Part shown: in pieces, positions 1 through 12,228 of the stretch
Layout of the letters: the number at the start of each line of letters is the position of its first letter
How positions within the stretch are numbered: the first letter of the stretch is position 1
Assembly (NCBI RefSeq): GCF_036321535.1
Contig: NC_087436.1
Span: 78,866,001-78,930,000, forward strand
Direction: 5' to 3'
Length of the DNA stretch: 64,000 bases
DNA from: Camelus dromedarius
Lineage: Eukaryota
Translations under genes and position numbers: made by a program
Notes under the pieces: generated by a model
What the model was told of the DNA's origin: nothing
Database searches by the model: none
Seen by the model: the letters and a program-made list of their open reading frames with translations, nothing else

Positions 1-160
1 AGCCCGCACGCAACAGTCTTCCGACGAGGGAAGGGGGGAGGCGATGGGAGCGGGATGGGGAGAGACAGCGGCGGGGTTAGGAGGAGGAGGGGAGGAAGCA
101 GAGGGAGAAGGCTCCTGGGGACAGGGCCATATGGGGGACGGGCTGGGGCCCGAATGGGAG
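1..160. promoter_or_regulatory. G-rich, CpG-containing edge, probable flank of a CpG-island promoter lying mostly outside the window
   Basis: Several CpGs in the first 150 bp and a strongly G-skewed + strand with many GGG runs; composition then drops to background. Confidence 0.35.
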
Positions 161-344
161 AAGACAACGCCCTTGAATATCTGCCTTTCCCACCAGTTCA
201 AGTGTTTCGAAAGTCACTTCTGGGTTCGGGCCAATAAATGACTGTTTCTCTTCTCCAGTCCTTCCCAGATTTGGCAGATAAATGGAGAAAAGCAGACAGA
301 GCCCTAGATGGATACAGATACATATATACACATATGACTGATTG

Positions 345-545
345 GTCTAACGGTTAAAGCGGACCTGGGGTTGAACCCCTGGTATATCACTTATCAGTGT
401 GAGTTAATCTCTGAGCCTTAGTTTCTCCACGCATAAAGTGGGGAAAATAGAACCCTGCCCTATGGGTTTGTTGTAAGGCTGAAAGAAGCAATGCATGTAC
501 AATGTGAGCCAGGCCTGGCCAGCAGCACTGACGTGTGTTGTTGCT
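345..545 (+). mobile_element. MIR SINE
   Basis: MIR core-like 'ttaatctctgagccttagtttctcc...gggtttgttgtaagg...gcatgtacaatgtgagccaggcctgg'. Confidence 0.7.
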
Positions 546-635
546 CCAGTTATGAATGCCACCCCACTGCCTCTGAAAATATCCCCTTCCTGGATAAGCC
601 CCTGTGAAGACACCCACATTTGTCATCATTCTAGA

Positions 636-841
636 CCAGAGGTTCTCAAGGAGGTGGGTGATTTTGCCTCCTCTTCCCTCCTGGGACAACGTCTTCAGAC
701 ATTATTAGTTGTCACAAACCAAAACTTGAAAGATGCTACTAGCGCCCAGTGGGTAGAGACCAGGCATACAGTTGAGCACCGTGCATTGCCCAGATGCCGC
801 CTACAACAAACAAGTACCCGCACCAAAATGTCAGTAGTGAG
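636..841 (+). mobile_element. MER20-like hAT-Charlie MITE
   Basis: 'cagaggttctcaag...gattttgcc...cagacatt...ttgtcaca...gctactagcgcccagtgggtagagaccagg...ccaaaatgtcagtagtg'. Confidence 0.75.
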
Positions 842-1036
842 TAGGTAGAGAATCCTGCTCTGATTCCCAGGGACAGTTCTTGAAACTTCCCTGTTCATTC
901 TCATGGTGTGACTGCACCTGGCCCTGCTTCTCACACCTCTCTGGTTTTGTGAAGAGCTGGAGGAGTAACTCACTTCTCATTATGTAACAAAGAAGCTGAA
1001 AACCAAGAACTATGATGAACAATTATTTTAGATCAC

Positions 1037-1200
1037 TGATTCTCAATGCCACACTCATCACCAGGGGATCTTGTTAAAGTGCGTATGCTGGGCCCCATTC
1101 CCAGAGATTCAGTAGGTCTGGGGAGAGACCCAGGAGTTTTGTTTCTAACAGGTTTGCAGGTGGCGCTGATGCTGTTGGTCCAGGGTCTGAGTGTGTAGCT
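1037..1200. mobile_element. MER5A-like hAT-Charlie MITE
   Basis: 'caccaggggatcttgttaaa...gggcccc...attcagtaggtctggg...tttctaacag...gctgatgctgttggtcc'. Confidence 0.75.
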
Positions 1201-1659
1201 GACCGACCAGATGTGAAAGAGAAGGGCTGACAAGGGGCTGCAGTGACAGTGCAAGTTCCTCTATGGCCACTCATCTCATGAGATGGTGTCACAAAGAATT
1301 TCAGTAAGACCTTATGTCTTCCCATTAAAGGTTTGGATTTATAATGTTTGCAATTCTGTAGCAATTTTCTCCAGGGTACTATTTCAACACTTCACTCAAA
1401 ATTACATTTCCACAGGATCTTGAAGACTGTGGGCTCAGAAGCAAAGGGCTTTTCTTTACTATTAAAACCTTCTCAATTCTATCACATTTAACAATAACTA
1501 ACAGCTCCTCTTTGCAATCTCCACCTCCTTTCACTTCGCCACCTTCCACTGTGCTGCACTTGGACCGAAGGGAGATACGTTCTCTGCTGCCAAGGCGTGA
1601 ATCTAGGAAGATTCAGCTGAAAGGGAACAGAACAGGAGAGAGAAGAGTGATGGACAAGG

Positions 1660-1816
1660 ACAGTGCTTTTCAAACTGATGTGCTTGCACACCACCTAGGG
1701 ATCTTGTTAAGTTGCAGATACTAATCCAGTAGGTCTGGGCAGGGCCAGCGATTCTGCACTTCCAACAAGCTCCCAGGTAACACTGCTGTCCCAGGGACCA
1801 CATTTTGAGTTGCAAG
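1660..1816. mobile_element. MER5A-like hAT-Charlie MITE
   Basis: 'cagtgcttttcaaact...cacctagggatcttgttaa...cagtaggtctggg...aacaagctcccaggt...ggaccacattttgagttgcaag'. Confidence 0.8.
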
Positions 1817-3360
1817 TCTCTGAGTAATCCCTGCAGAGACTCATTTAGGACCAAGGAAACCTAGCCTCTCCTCTTGGCTTGTGATGCAGACAGAAGGATT
1901 TTTAGTGACAGAGCCCAGGATGGAAATCTCATCTCCCTACCCACAGCCTGTGCCCACTTGTCCTACCTTCCTCTCCTGCTTGCTTTCTTTTTGCAGGCAC
2001 CGAGTGAAAAAGTTGATTTCAGGTAGATTTTAAAATTGAGAAGATGAGACAAGGGTTGCCTTCAAAGCATCACAAAAGCAATTCCATAATATAAAAACAC
2101 AAGAACTGAGCTGCTAAAAGAACCACGGTTGGAGCCCACATGTGTTTGCAGTATCCCCTTCACACCTTGGTGTGGGAAGAGGTCTGATGAAAGAAACAAG
2201 GTCCTTTGACAGGAATAAGAATTTGTTAAGCAGAACCTTCAGAGCCCTTAATCATCACAGAATGGTGTGGACAGCCTTTCTCCTGAAGGAAAGTATATAA
2301 AACAAGTTGACCAAACTGAATGGCTGGGGGAAGGGAGGGGAAGAGCTATTTCCTTTGTTCTTAGGAAAATGTCAAAGACTAGCACTGTTCTGCTCCCAGT
2401 CCCCTTCTAAAAATATTTGGCATCTAATCAAAGTGGTCACATGAGTAAGAAGAGCTATATTTGGAGCTGTCAATCATCTAATATTTTACTAAAAATGCAA
2501 AAAACAAACAAAAATCAAATTTATTTTATTCTCTTTATTATTTGTTTGTTATGACACCAGAGCAAGTCCTTAAGAGATAACTGTTCAAGAGTATAAACTG
2601 GTTTGGACTGGGATCTTTCCACCGTGGTTTCCTGCTCCCTCTATGCCATCTTCCTTGTTCAAAACCTGTTCCTCTCCCTCAGATGACACAAAGCATCTCT
2701 TGCGGGTAGGGGGGCGGGGAGAGAAATCACTTATTAGGTGTGGGAATCAGAGCTGGCTGAAACAACTCATAGAGAACGCTGGCTCCACAGAGAAGTGAGG
2801 CAGCACACAGGTAACGCGGTGAATTCACAGGTGAATTGTCTGCCTGTCATTTCCTAGCTGGGGGGTGGGGGGGGGTCCATCCCACTCTTTCTTAGCCTTA
2901 GTTCTCTTCTGCATGAAACAAGCAAACAAAATAAAACAAACGGTTATTGTGAGACAAGTGAAAATATTTGTCAGGTGTTTAGCAAATCGTAATACCTTAA
3001 TAAACATGACTGAAAAGATCATTATTCTTATCACTAGGCAACCATTGTCAGGCTGAGGCTGAGTGCCCAGGAAGCAATGCCTGCAGAGGAAAGGATGCCC
3101 CAGGTCTTGAGAGCGGCTCTTTTTCTTACCCTGATCCTCAGCCCTCCCAGGTTCTCAGAGGTGAATTTGGAAAAAGCAAGCACGGTCATGTACAGGGTAA
3201 CTCCCACCATCCATCTCTCTCTCTTAGCCGATCAGAATCAAGACACAACTATCACAGAATTACAGCTAATTGAACACAAAGAACAGTGCACTGCACTATG
3301 GGTACGCTGCATTTCTTTCTTCATTAATTATTCAGTTTTTATTTTTCTCTTGGGCAGTGA

Positions 3361-3379
3361 GTGTGTGTGTGTGTGTGTG
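3361..3379. repeat. (GT)9 microsatellite
   Basis: Read directly. Confidence 0.9.
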
Positions 3380-5204
3380 AGCAAGAGAGAGGAGCATGTA
3401 CACTTGTTACTTCACGGTGTGCAAGCACAGTAATTTCTCTGACCGTAAATGGGAAACTGTGATATCAAAAATGTTGGCCCCCATGAAGGAAGATGAAAAT
3501 TTAAAAACAGCACTCCAACTGGTCACTTTGAGGGAAGTGGAAAAATAAGGAATAATTTCTGCCCTCATCATCTGCATTACCTGGGTAATTATGACTTCTC
3601 ATCCCTCTGTTTCTCTCTTCTAACAAGCAGTTTCCCTCACGGGATTAAGACAGCCAGTGCTTGAAGCCCAGGGCTGGAGGTTTAAGCAGGAGTCAGCAGG
3701 TACCCTAGCAGCAGTGAACCGTGAAGATTTGTCACCCAGACCCTCAGAAGGCTGAGTGCTGAGCCCTGGAGGGGTGTGTATCGGGGAAAAGTTCTGACAA
3801 GAAAAGCCCAGGGCACCACTGTTGCTTTTAGGTCTGAGAATTAAAGTGGAGTCCAAGGAAGGCTCCTAGGAGGCACTGCTTTCTCTCCGTCTTTGTTCCT
3901 CAAGGATCCCCTCACCCTTCTCACCAGGAAGGGTCCTCTGTGGCTCAGAGTGGACGCGGCTCTGAACAAACTGCCCCCGTGGAGCAGCCCCAGGCCATGT
4001 TTGGCCGTGAAGTGTACTCAGTGCCCCCAAAGGGAAAAATGATACAATGCAGTCCCTTCAACGTTGTTTTTAACACAATAATGTTTCTGCCTTAAATAGA
4101 AGAAAAGAGTTAAAAGTTTAATCATATGGCATTTTATCAAGACACCAAGAAACCCCCTTCGATTCTCTGACTGGTGACCGCATCGTCAAGGTAGCCTGAC
4201 CTAGTGCGCGAACTCCCGTTTCAAGGATTTTCTTCACACATTTTCATTCCTGCCAGGTCGCTCTAAGTTGATGTGAATAACCCAAGGCAGACTTTTTTTT
4301 TTTTCCTTTGCAGGACAATCCAGGGTCTGGTTTTCTGGTCTTCATAGGTTTTGAAGCAAAAAAATCCCACCTAATTTGTAAGTTGCCTTAGCAAAACATA
4401 GCCTTCCTTCATTCATTCCTTCCTTGGCAAACCTGTGCCAGCACCTTCCATGTGGCCGGTTTTCTGTGAGGTACCCAGTATGGAAACAGGCAACATCCTC
4501 CCCTGGAGCCTCACAGCCTGCTGACTCCTCAAACCTTCAGCCCTCAGGCCCCATCAGCCCATAGACTGGGGAAAAAAAACTGATCCAACAATTAAAAATA
4601 GAGGATTTCAAAATTTAAAATCTCTATTTCTAGCTTCTCCTGAAAAATGGAAAGATCTGGCAACCTCAGACCACCTCACTTTCCTGCATGTCAGCTTTCT
4701 ACTGGAACTAAATGCCCCTTCCCTTCCGACGTCACCCCCACTCACCCCACACACATACACACGAGAATCAACTCTCTTTGTTTATTACCTGCCCAGCCTC
4801 TGATCTGGAGCAGCACCAAGGTCCTACCTATTAGGCACAGAAGACAGCACTGAATGCCCACAATACATTTTCTTTAGAAGGAAAACAAATAAATATAATA
4901 GTAAATATATAATAACGAATCCAGCCTAGGTTATATTTGTCTTTATGCCAATACAATTGTAAAATGTAATTTCTCACTTTTTTGATGGTGGAAGGGGTGC
5001 ACGATGGCAAAAGTCATAACTCACTGAGTATAACTGAGTTATAGCAACTCCTGACTTGGAGAATTGGTGATTAACAGGGAAAGATTTAAGCATGTAGCCT
5101 GTCTTTTTAGAAAGAACAAAAATTCACTCCCAGTTGATAAGGGAAAGCTCTTCTTTTCAGAAGAGTTCCAGCTAATAAATGGAGATTTGGGAGGAAATCA
5201 CCCT

Positions 5205-5641
5205 TGTGCACTCCGTAGTTTCCCCGTGTGCTCTGGTCAGGGGACAACTCCACCAATCTTCCCTTTGGGACCCAGGCACTCATTTCTCCAACCACTGGCA
5301 CTGTTAGTGCCTAATAGCTCACAGCTGAGTCTCCCCCTAGACACTGCCCTCCACGGAAGGAAGCTGCCCAGCCCAAGGTTCCGCCCCTCCCTGGGGGCAG
5401 CCTGCATGCAATGCTTAGCTGATACAGGGCTACAAAGGCCTGGCCTTGGCCTCAGTTTGCCTCATCTCTGAAGGACCATCCTGTCCAGAGCTGCCCAAAG
5501 CAGACACGGGGGCCTCTGCGACAACCACACCGCAGTTTAGCTTCTCTCATCCTCTTGCAGATGTTACCAAGCACGGTCCCCCATAAACCGGCACACAAGT
5601 CTGCAGCACAGAATCTGTTTCCCAAAGAACCCAACCTAAGA
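5205..5641 (+). mobile_element. LTR16-family (ERVL) solo LTR, degraded
   Basis: 'aatagctcacagctg...cctgggggcagcctgcatgcaatg...gctgatacaggg' and LTR16-type 3' end 'gaatctgtttcccaaagaacccaacctaaga'. Confidence 0.6.
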
Positions 5642-5681
5642 ACCCGATAAATAATGGATTCCAGCAAGAATCATCAATGGA

Positions 5682-6092
5682 TGCCGTTATGAGTTGACCT
5701 GGGTCTCCCCAAAATTGCACAAGTTGAAGTCCTAATCCTGCCGGTGCCCCCAGAATGTGACCATATATGCAGACAGGATCTTTACAGCTGGACCCTGTAG
5801 GACAGGGTGAGCCCTAATCCAGTATGACTGGTGTCCTTCTAAGAAGGGTAACTTTGGACACAGGCACACACAGAGGGAAGACGATGTGAAGTGACACAGG
5901 GAGATGGCCATCTGCAAGCCAAGGAGAGAAGCCTGGAACAGACCCTTGCCTCGGAGCCCTCAGAAGGAACCAACTTTGCCAACACCTTGACTTAAGGCCT
6001 CTGCCCTCCAGAATCATGGAACAATACATTCCTGTTGCTCAAGCCACCCAGTCTGTGCTACTTTTTTCCAGTTGCCATAGCAAACTAATACA
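5682..6092 (+). mobile_element. MLT1 (ERVL-MaLR) solo LTR, MLT1B/C-like
   Basis: 'gttgaagtcctaa...cagaatgtgacc...ccctaatccagtatgactggtgtcctt...ggccatctgcaagccaaggagaga...ccctcagaaggaaccaac...gcaaactaataca'. Confidence 0.85.
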
Positions 6093-6099
6093 GATACTA

Positions 6100-7520
6100 A
6101 AAGCATCAGGTCAAAGGACTGTTGGAAGCTGGATACCCCCATGGGGTCAAAGTGTCATCCCCCAGACTTCTTACTAACTGTAAAGGGGGAAATCAAGTTT
6201 CACAAAGCAGGAATCTGACACTTAACCAAGAGATGAAATTTAGCATCAGTAATAGTGAAGAACTTGATGCTGGATACCTTTTGATGGAATAAATATGACG
6301 CACATAGCATCACTGTCGATGCATCGGTGCCAAATAGGCTTACTTTCATCTAAATATGCTTTTATACCTAGCTCCCAGTATACAGAATATGGGGCAGGGA
6401 ACAAGCAGACAATTCAAAATGTGGAACATTCTACAGAAATTGGCCTGGTCTCTTCAAAAAGTCAATGTCAATATCCAGAAAAAAACCCTAATTTGAAAAG
6501 ATACATGCACCCCAATGTTCATAGCAGCACTATTTACAATAGCCAAGACATGGAAGCAACCTAAATGTCCATTGACAGATGACTGGATAAAGAAGATGTG
6601 GTGTGTGTGTGTATGTGTATATATATAATGGGATATCACTCAGCCATAAATAAAGAATGAAATAATGCTATTTGCAAAAACATGGATGGACCTAGAAATT
6701 ATCATACTAAGTGAAGTAAGTCAGAGAAAGACAAATATCATATCACTTATATATGGAATCTTAAAAAAATGATACAAATGAACTTATTTACAAAACAAGA
6801 CACAGTCAAAGAAAACAAACTTATAGTTACTAAGGAGGAAAGATAGGAGGGATAAAATAGGAGTTTGGGATTAGCAGATATTAACTACTATATATAAAAT
6901 AGTTAAACAACAAGGTCCTACAGTATAGTACAGGGAAATACATTCAATATCTTGTAATAACCTATAATGAAAAAGAATATAAAAAGAATATATATATATA
7001 TTATATACATATATACACATATATATATATAAAATATGTGTATAACTGAATCACTGTGCTGTACACCAGAAGCTAACACATTGTAAATCAAACTTCAATA
7101 AAACAAAAGTTAAAATTTTAAAAAGTCAATGTCAAAGATGAGAGTCTATTTTAAAGACAGAGAAAAAAATAACAATCAAATGCATTTCAGTAAGCTTCGT
7201 TGAATATATGTTTAAAAAATCAATTTAAAAAGCTAGTTTGCAAACAACTAGAGAAATTTGAATACAAGCTAGATAAATTATTATTAACTTATGACAGTGT
7301 CCTTATTTTTAGGGGATACATGTGGAATTATTCAGGAATAAAGGGCAAAAATATCTGCAATTTACTTTTAAATGATTGAGAAAAAATTACACGCAGATAA
7401 AGCAAATGTGGCAGAAGGGTAATTATTGTTGACTCTAGTATTAGATGTGCTAGTGTTCACTGCATTATTCTTTAAAAATCTCTGTGTTTGAAATGTTCAT
7501 ATTAAAACTTTGGGGGAAAC
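6100..7520 (+). mobile_element. Ancient L1ME/L1MC-type 3' fragment, interrupted by a younger L1 at 6472-7119
   Basis: Degraded L1M 3'-end motifs on both sides ('gtggaacattctacagaaattggcctggtctcttcaaaaagtcaatgtca', 'atatctgcaatttactttt...gataaagcaaatgtggc'). Confidence 0.55.
6472..7119 (+). mobile_element. 5'-truncated lineage (artiodactyl/camelid) L1: ORF2 C-terminus plus 3'UTR
   Basis: 'aaaagatacatgcaccccaatgttcatagcagcac...atggatggacctag...aataaaa'; perfect 16-bp TSD AAAAAGTCAATGTCAA at 6456-6471 and 7120-7135. Confidence 0.92.
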
Positions 7521-7770
7521 AAATGTCACTAAAAATCAACACACAGATACTAAATTTCACCTTTCTTCTTTTGCATCACACATTAACACACCATCCTGTC
7601 AAACTTCCAAATCAGAATGCAGAGGGCCAGCACATGAGGATGCGTGTTAAACCTTGCTTTATGACACTCAAGTGATTAAATACAGGCATACTTCTCCCTG
7701 CCCACAACTAAGTAGGCCCTAAAATAAGTGGCAAAGTCAGATAAAAAAAGAGGTAATAAAAAAAGATGTA

Positions 7771-7922
7771 GGGGAGGAGGGTATAGCTCAGTGGTAGAGC
7801 ACATGCTTAGCATGCACGAGGTCCTGGGTTCAATCCCCAGTACCTCTATTAAAATAACTAACTAAATAAATCTAATTACCTCCTCCCTAAACAAACAAAA
7901 AATCACAAACAAATATTTTTTT
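7771..7922 (+). mobile_element. Camelid tRNA-Ala-derived SINE (Vic-1 type)
   Basis: tRNA-Ala(AGC)-like head with A and B boxes, AT-rich tail 'aaataaatctaattacctcc', TSD-like flanks aaaaaagatgta / aaaaaaatgta. Confidence 0.88.
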
Positions 7923-7934
7923 AAAAAAATGTAC

Positions 7935-8115
7935 ATGTGGCTATATTTCTGTCTTCTCTGATCATTTCTGAGTCTCAGTTTCCTCATCTGTAAAATGGAT
8001 AGAACAAAACAAATCTGGAAGGGTTGTTTTTAGGATTAAAGATGAGGAATGTCCACAGCGTGACAGACAGTAGACAGGTGATAAATCTCCTTAGAACTGC
8101 TGTTATTATCATGAC
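7935..8115 (+). mobile_element. MIR SINE
   Basis: Core 'tctgagtctcagtttcctcatctgtaaaatgg...agggttgtttttaggattaaa'. Confidence 0.75.
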
Positions 8116-10817
8116 TGTGAGCAGTGGGAGCCGCCAGCGGCAGTGGGAAGATAAGAACCCAGACATTCTGGCCCCAGAACCTGTCCCGCAGGCCGTACTG
8201 GATCTGAAAGAAACTATACGTTGCATTTTTTCTAATGAGCACAATAAAGGTACCTGAGAGAGCATTTCACCCTCCCCCATGCAGAGAAAACAGAGGACGC
8301 ATTTGGTTAGAAGGTGCATTGTATTTCAGATAATAATCAGGAAGAATTCAAGAGGGGGTTCGTGAAGGCCAATTTAACAAAAAAGAAAAATCAAATTAGA
8401 ATAGTTCCACAAGAAGGAAGCCAAAGCCTTTCCTGTAATCTATATCAAGACCTTGGAATACTTTATTGCTTTAAAAAAATAACTTCCCTGAGCTTTAGGA
8501 AAAAATAAATCTTTCCACTTCACATGCAATGGAGATGATAGGCCATTCTCAGCGTTGGAGGGACTGAAGGACAAAGGCTTTGATGTTTAGCATAAAACCT
8601 TGAATATGAATTCAATTCAAACCCCAGGAGAACTGCCACCACACCCCTACCCCATCAGCCAGTACTACCTTTCTGAGGGTAAAACCCATACCCGAATTTC
8701 CTTTTCATTTCACCATCAATTACTCACAGTACCCCAACAGCACCTTTTTGTCTCGCCAAACAAAAATGACAGCTTTGGGTGCCATGGGTGTTTGTGTTTT
8801 ATCCCATTTGTTATTGTGACAGCTTTAGCTCATCCATGAAAATTCTAAGACACGATGCCTCGTGACGATAAAGCCCTAGAAAGAACCATTTAATTTGGGC
8901 CCAAACCTAAGGGGAGTAGCATTCAAGTAACAAGGTGAGTCACGGAAAAGAAGCGAGGAGAAGCCAACTGGAAGGCTGTCAAGTTGCTGAGGCCCCCGAG
9001 GCCCCTCGCCAGTGGAGTGGAGACAGCGTCCTTCGCTAAGGCTCTCAGAGGCACATGTAACCAGCACGCCTGCCACTAAAAAAATAACCCTGCACGTTCA
9101 CAGCAAGGTTAAGAGAACCTTCCCAACCAGGCAAATCTGAGTTACCCAGACTCTATGATGAAAACAAAAAACTGGTTGTTTTTATTCTGCTTGAGAAGGA
9201 GGCAGCTGTTTACTTAATTATTTATAAATAAGTAAATTTTATTTTTATAAAATTTATTAAATCTAGAGACTGAAGTAAACTATATTACCCACTGCAACCT
9301 TGGACACACACACAGAACTGAATAAAATTTTCATAAAACACTCCTTAATCCTCACTAAACGCAATGCACTGGTATCTTCTGTTTATCATATTTTAGATGT
9401 CAGTCACAGTCCAAACTAAAGCGCTTCATGGCCGCTACGAGGTTACACTCTGCAGTTTGAAGCTCACAGGGCTGGATGAAGCCTGTGCTTCTTGGCACAT
9501 TCCTGTCACAGGAACATGGGGTTCCTGTGACCCTCCTCACCCTGTCCCTCTCCCTAGGAGATGCCACACACCAGTCTCGACTGTTCAGGGAAAAAAAGAC
9601 AGCTTTTCCTTTTCCTCCGCATTTCCCAAGTCCCAAAGGGCACCCATCATCACTGCCCAGGCTCATCCTACCCTCAAAGGTGGTAGGTGGAGGCCGACCC
9701 ATCTCTAATGGAGTGGGGTCGGTTTCTCGTTACAGTGGTCAAATGGTAAGTTAGGGGTGCGTTATACAAGGGGCCACCCCATCTCATGCCTGAGGCTCTT
9801 GGGTTCACAGCCAAGGGAAGAGGGATTTCCCCACCAGAGGAACCTATCAGATTCTCCACTCACGTCTCCTTATCCTTGGCTTCACATGAAACCCTAAACA
9901 TGGATGTAGGACATGGGGATTTGGGAGCAACAATGATATGCAGTGGACATGGCCACAGTGCTGCCCAGCTGCAGAGGGTGCAACCTGCACACTCTCTGGA
10001 AGAGTCCACGAAGGGATGCCACCCTCCCAAAGCACAGTGGGCGATGCCCTCGCAGTGTGCGCCCCGGCCCACTCCTGCATCCCCAGCCTCTGTGAATGTT
10101 CTTCCTCCCACCTCCTAGGCACGGAAATGCTCTAGGCTTTCGTTCCCTTTTGGTTTTTTGAGAACGAATGGTCCTTCCTGTCTCCCCCTTAGACACCCCT
10201 CCCCCGCAGCAGCCAGTCAAAACTGTTCTGACTTCACAGGTAATCCCTCACCAACTGGCGTTTCCCTGGGTCTGGGGAAGCCTGGCTGCCCTCAGCCTCT
10301 CCCCTTTGGCCTCGAGCTTTCAGTGAGCAAGACCGTCTCTCTTATCACCTCTGCATCTTTTCCCCATCTTTGCTAGTCCAGTAGGTTAGACCATTTAAGA
10401 ATCGTCATTCTGCATTTACCTGTGTAGGTCTTGTTTTTGTCCACCTGTCTTTTTATTTATTTATCTATTTTTCCTTTAACATGTTTTCGTTCTCACAGTT
10501 CTCCCCTGGCATTGTAGGTCCCCCGAGTTACCAATTACAGGTCTCCTCCTTTCTGAAGAGAGTCATCAGGCAGCTGTCTCAACAGTGTCTGGAAATCAGA
10601 TCTCGGGGCGGGGGGCCGGGGGCAGCGCTGGTATCTTTAAAGCTTTCCAGTGATTACAAAGTGTAAGCGAGTTTGAGAACCGTTGTTTATCATTCCCACT
10701 TACAGCAGGTTTCAACCAGTAGGAGAGCAGATCCTCCAATTTCCAGAGTGAAGACTATTCCATCCCCATCGTCCACGAAGGTCACTTGCAAAGGTTACAT
10801 CTCAAGCCAAGAAATAG

Positions 10818-10872
10818 TTGAGGTTTTTTAAAATTGAAGTATAGTCAGTTATAATGTGTCAATTTCTGGTGT
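10818..10872 (-). mobile_element. Very short L1 3' tip insertion
   Basis: 'attgaagtatagtcagttataatgtgtcaatttctggtg' is the reverse complement of an L1 3' end; 11-bp TSD CAAGAAATAGT at 10807-10817 and 10873-10883. Confidence 0.75.
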
Positions 10873-11696
10873 CAAGAAATAGTCTTTTAAATCAAAATCC
10901 AGCCAGTTATTCCCAGCACAACACAAGTATGAGGATCTAAAAGAGGACCTAACCTGTGCACCAGTGCAGTAGTGACTGCGTCTGTCTGGAGAAGTTGGGC
11001 GGGCTGCAAAGAGGATGTGGTTTCCGAGCTGGGTTTTTGAGAAGGAATGGGGATTGCCCAGGCAGAGGGGAGGCAGAATGGCATGGAAGTGCATGGAGAA
11101 GGGCCAGAGGTTCTGTGAGACCAAGAGAGTGGCAGCTCTGAACCTCACTCTCCACCTCATCTGTGAGGAAACCATCTTTGAGCCCTCAGAAGCTGAAACA
11201 GCATCCCTGAAATGAAAGAATCCAAGTTCCTGAGAGGTTTCCATTCCTAAGGCTTGTGATAGATGGCTGAGTCTGTGGATGCGAGGATACTGTTGTTCAG
11301 AAGGCAAAGGGATGCATCTGGGCTGGAAGGGTAAAGTAGGGTTTCCCAGAAGAGAGAAGCTGTACCTCAGATGGTTACGGGAGTTAAGGGGTCATTTGGG
11401 GAGCACGGAACCTGGGCCAGAGTTGGAGGTTGAGCAGGTGGCTGGGGAACAGCAGGTTAGAATTACTGAGGGTCCTGTAAGAAGTCAGTTCCCTTTTCCT
11501 GTATTATACTTTGTCTGATACACTACACTGTCAGCTCCCCGGGAGCAGCCATCAGCTCTGGGCTTCACCCAACCAGCACACAGCTCTGCACACCACACAT
11601 CTGAGTAAAGAAAAGTTTGTCAATGGAATAGTAAATAGTTGTCAATAAATAGAAGTAGGGAGAAGGCGTGGAAGGGATACGTTTAAGAGAAAGCAT

Positions 11697-12228
11697 ATTG
11701 TGTCTGTGAGTCTGTTTCTGTTTGGTATCATTTTTTAGATTCCACATATAAATGATATCATATGATATTAGTCTTTCTCTGTCTGACTTACTTCACTTAG
11801 TATGATCATCTCTAGGTCCATCCAGGTTGCTGCAAATGGCATGATTCATTCTTTTTTATGGCTGAGTAGTATTCCATTGTGTGTGTATGTGTGTGTGTGT
11901 CTTTGTTTATCCAAACAACTTCTTTATCCAATCATCAAACTTATGGTTACCAAAGGGGGAAGGGGTAGGAGAGGGATAAATTGTGATTTTGGGATTAGCA
12001 GATACAAACTACAGTATATAAAATAGATAAACAACAAGGTCCTACTGTATAGCATAGGGAGATGTATTCAATATTTTGCAATAAACTGTAACGAAAAAGA
12101 ATATGAAAAATATTATGTATATATATGTGTGTGTGTGTGTGTGTGACTGAATCACTATGCTGTACACCAAAAACTAACACAAAATTGTAAATCAACTATA
12201 ATGTAAAAAGACCAAAAAAAACCAACAA
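11697..12228 (+). mobile_element. L1 3' end with 5' inversion (twin priming)
   Basis: ~11697-11936 antisense L1 joined to sense L1 from 'aaacttatggttacc' through the A-rich tail; 12-bp TSD AAGAGAAAGCAT at 11685-11696 and 12229-12240. Confidence 0.88.

Noticed and set aside
1996..2014. Words resembling the Cas9 sgRNA scaffold (GGCACCGAGT, GAAAAAGT)
   Set aside because: Short, in the wrong order, no other scaffold or vector sequence; coincidence. No CRISPR array in the window
6295..6639. ORFs resembling database hypothetical proteins (also at 11.8, 17.6-18.1, 32.8 and 48.4 kb)
   Set aside because: Translations of L1 ORF2 end and 3'UTR fragments
7777..7848. Possible genuine tRNA-Ala gene (also at 22.9, 33.0, 42.7, 50.1 and 59.4 kb)
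   Set aside because: Stem mismatches, SINE tails and TSDs show these are tRNA-derived SINEs
9210..9262. AT-rich palindromic stretches (also 4597-4629 and 30515-30546)
   Set aside because: Low-complexity A/T DNA yields such imperfect hairpins by chance
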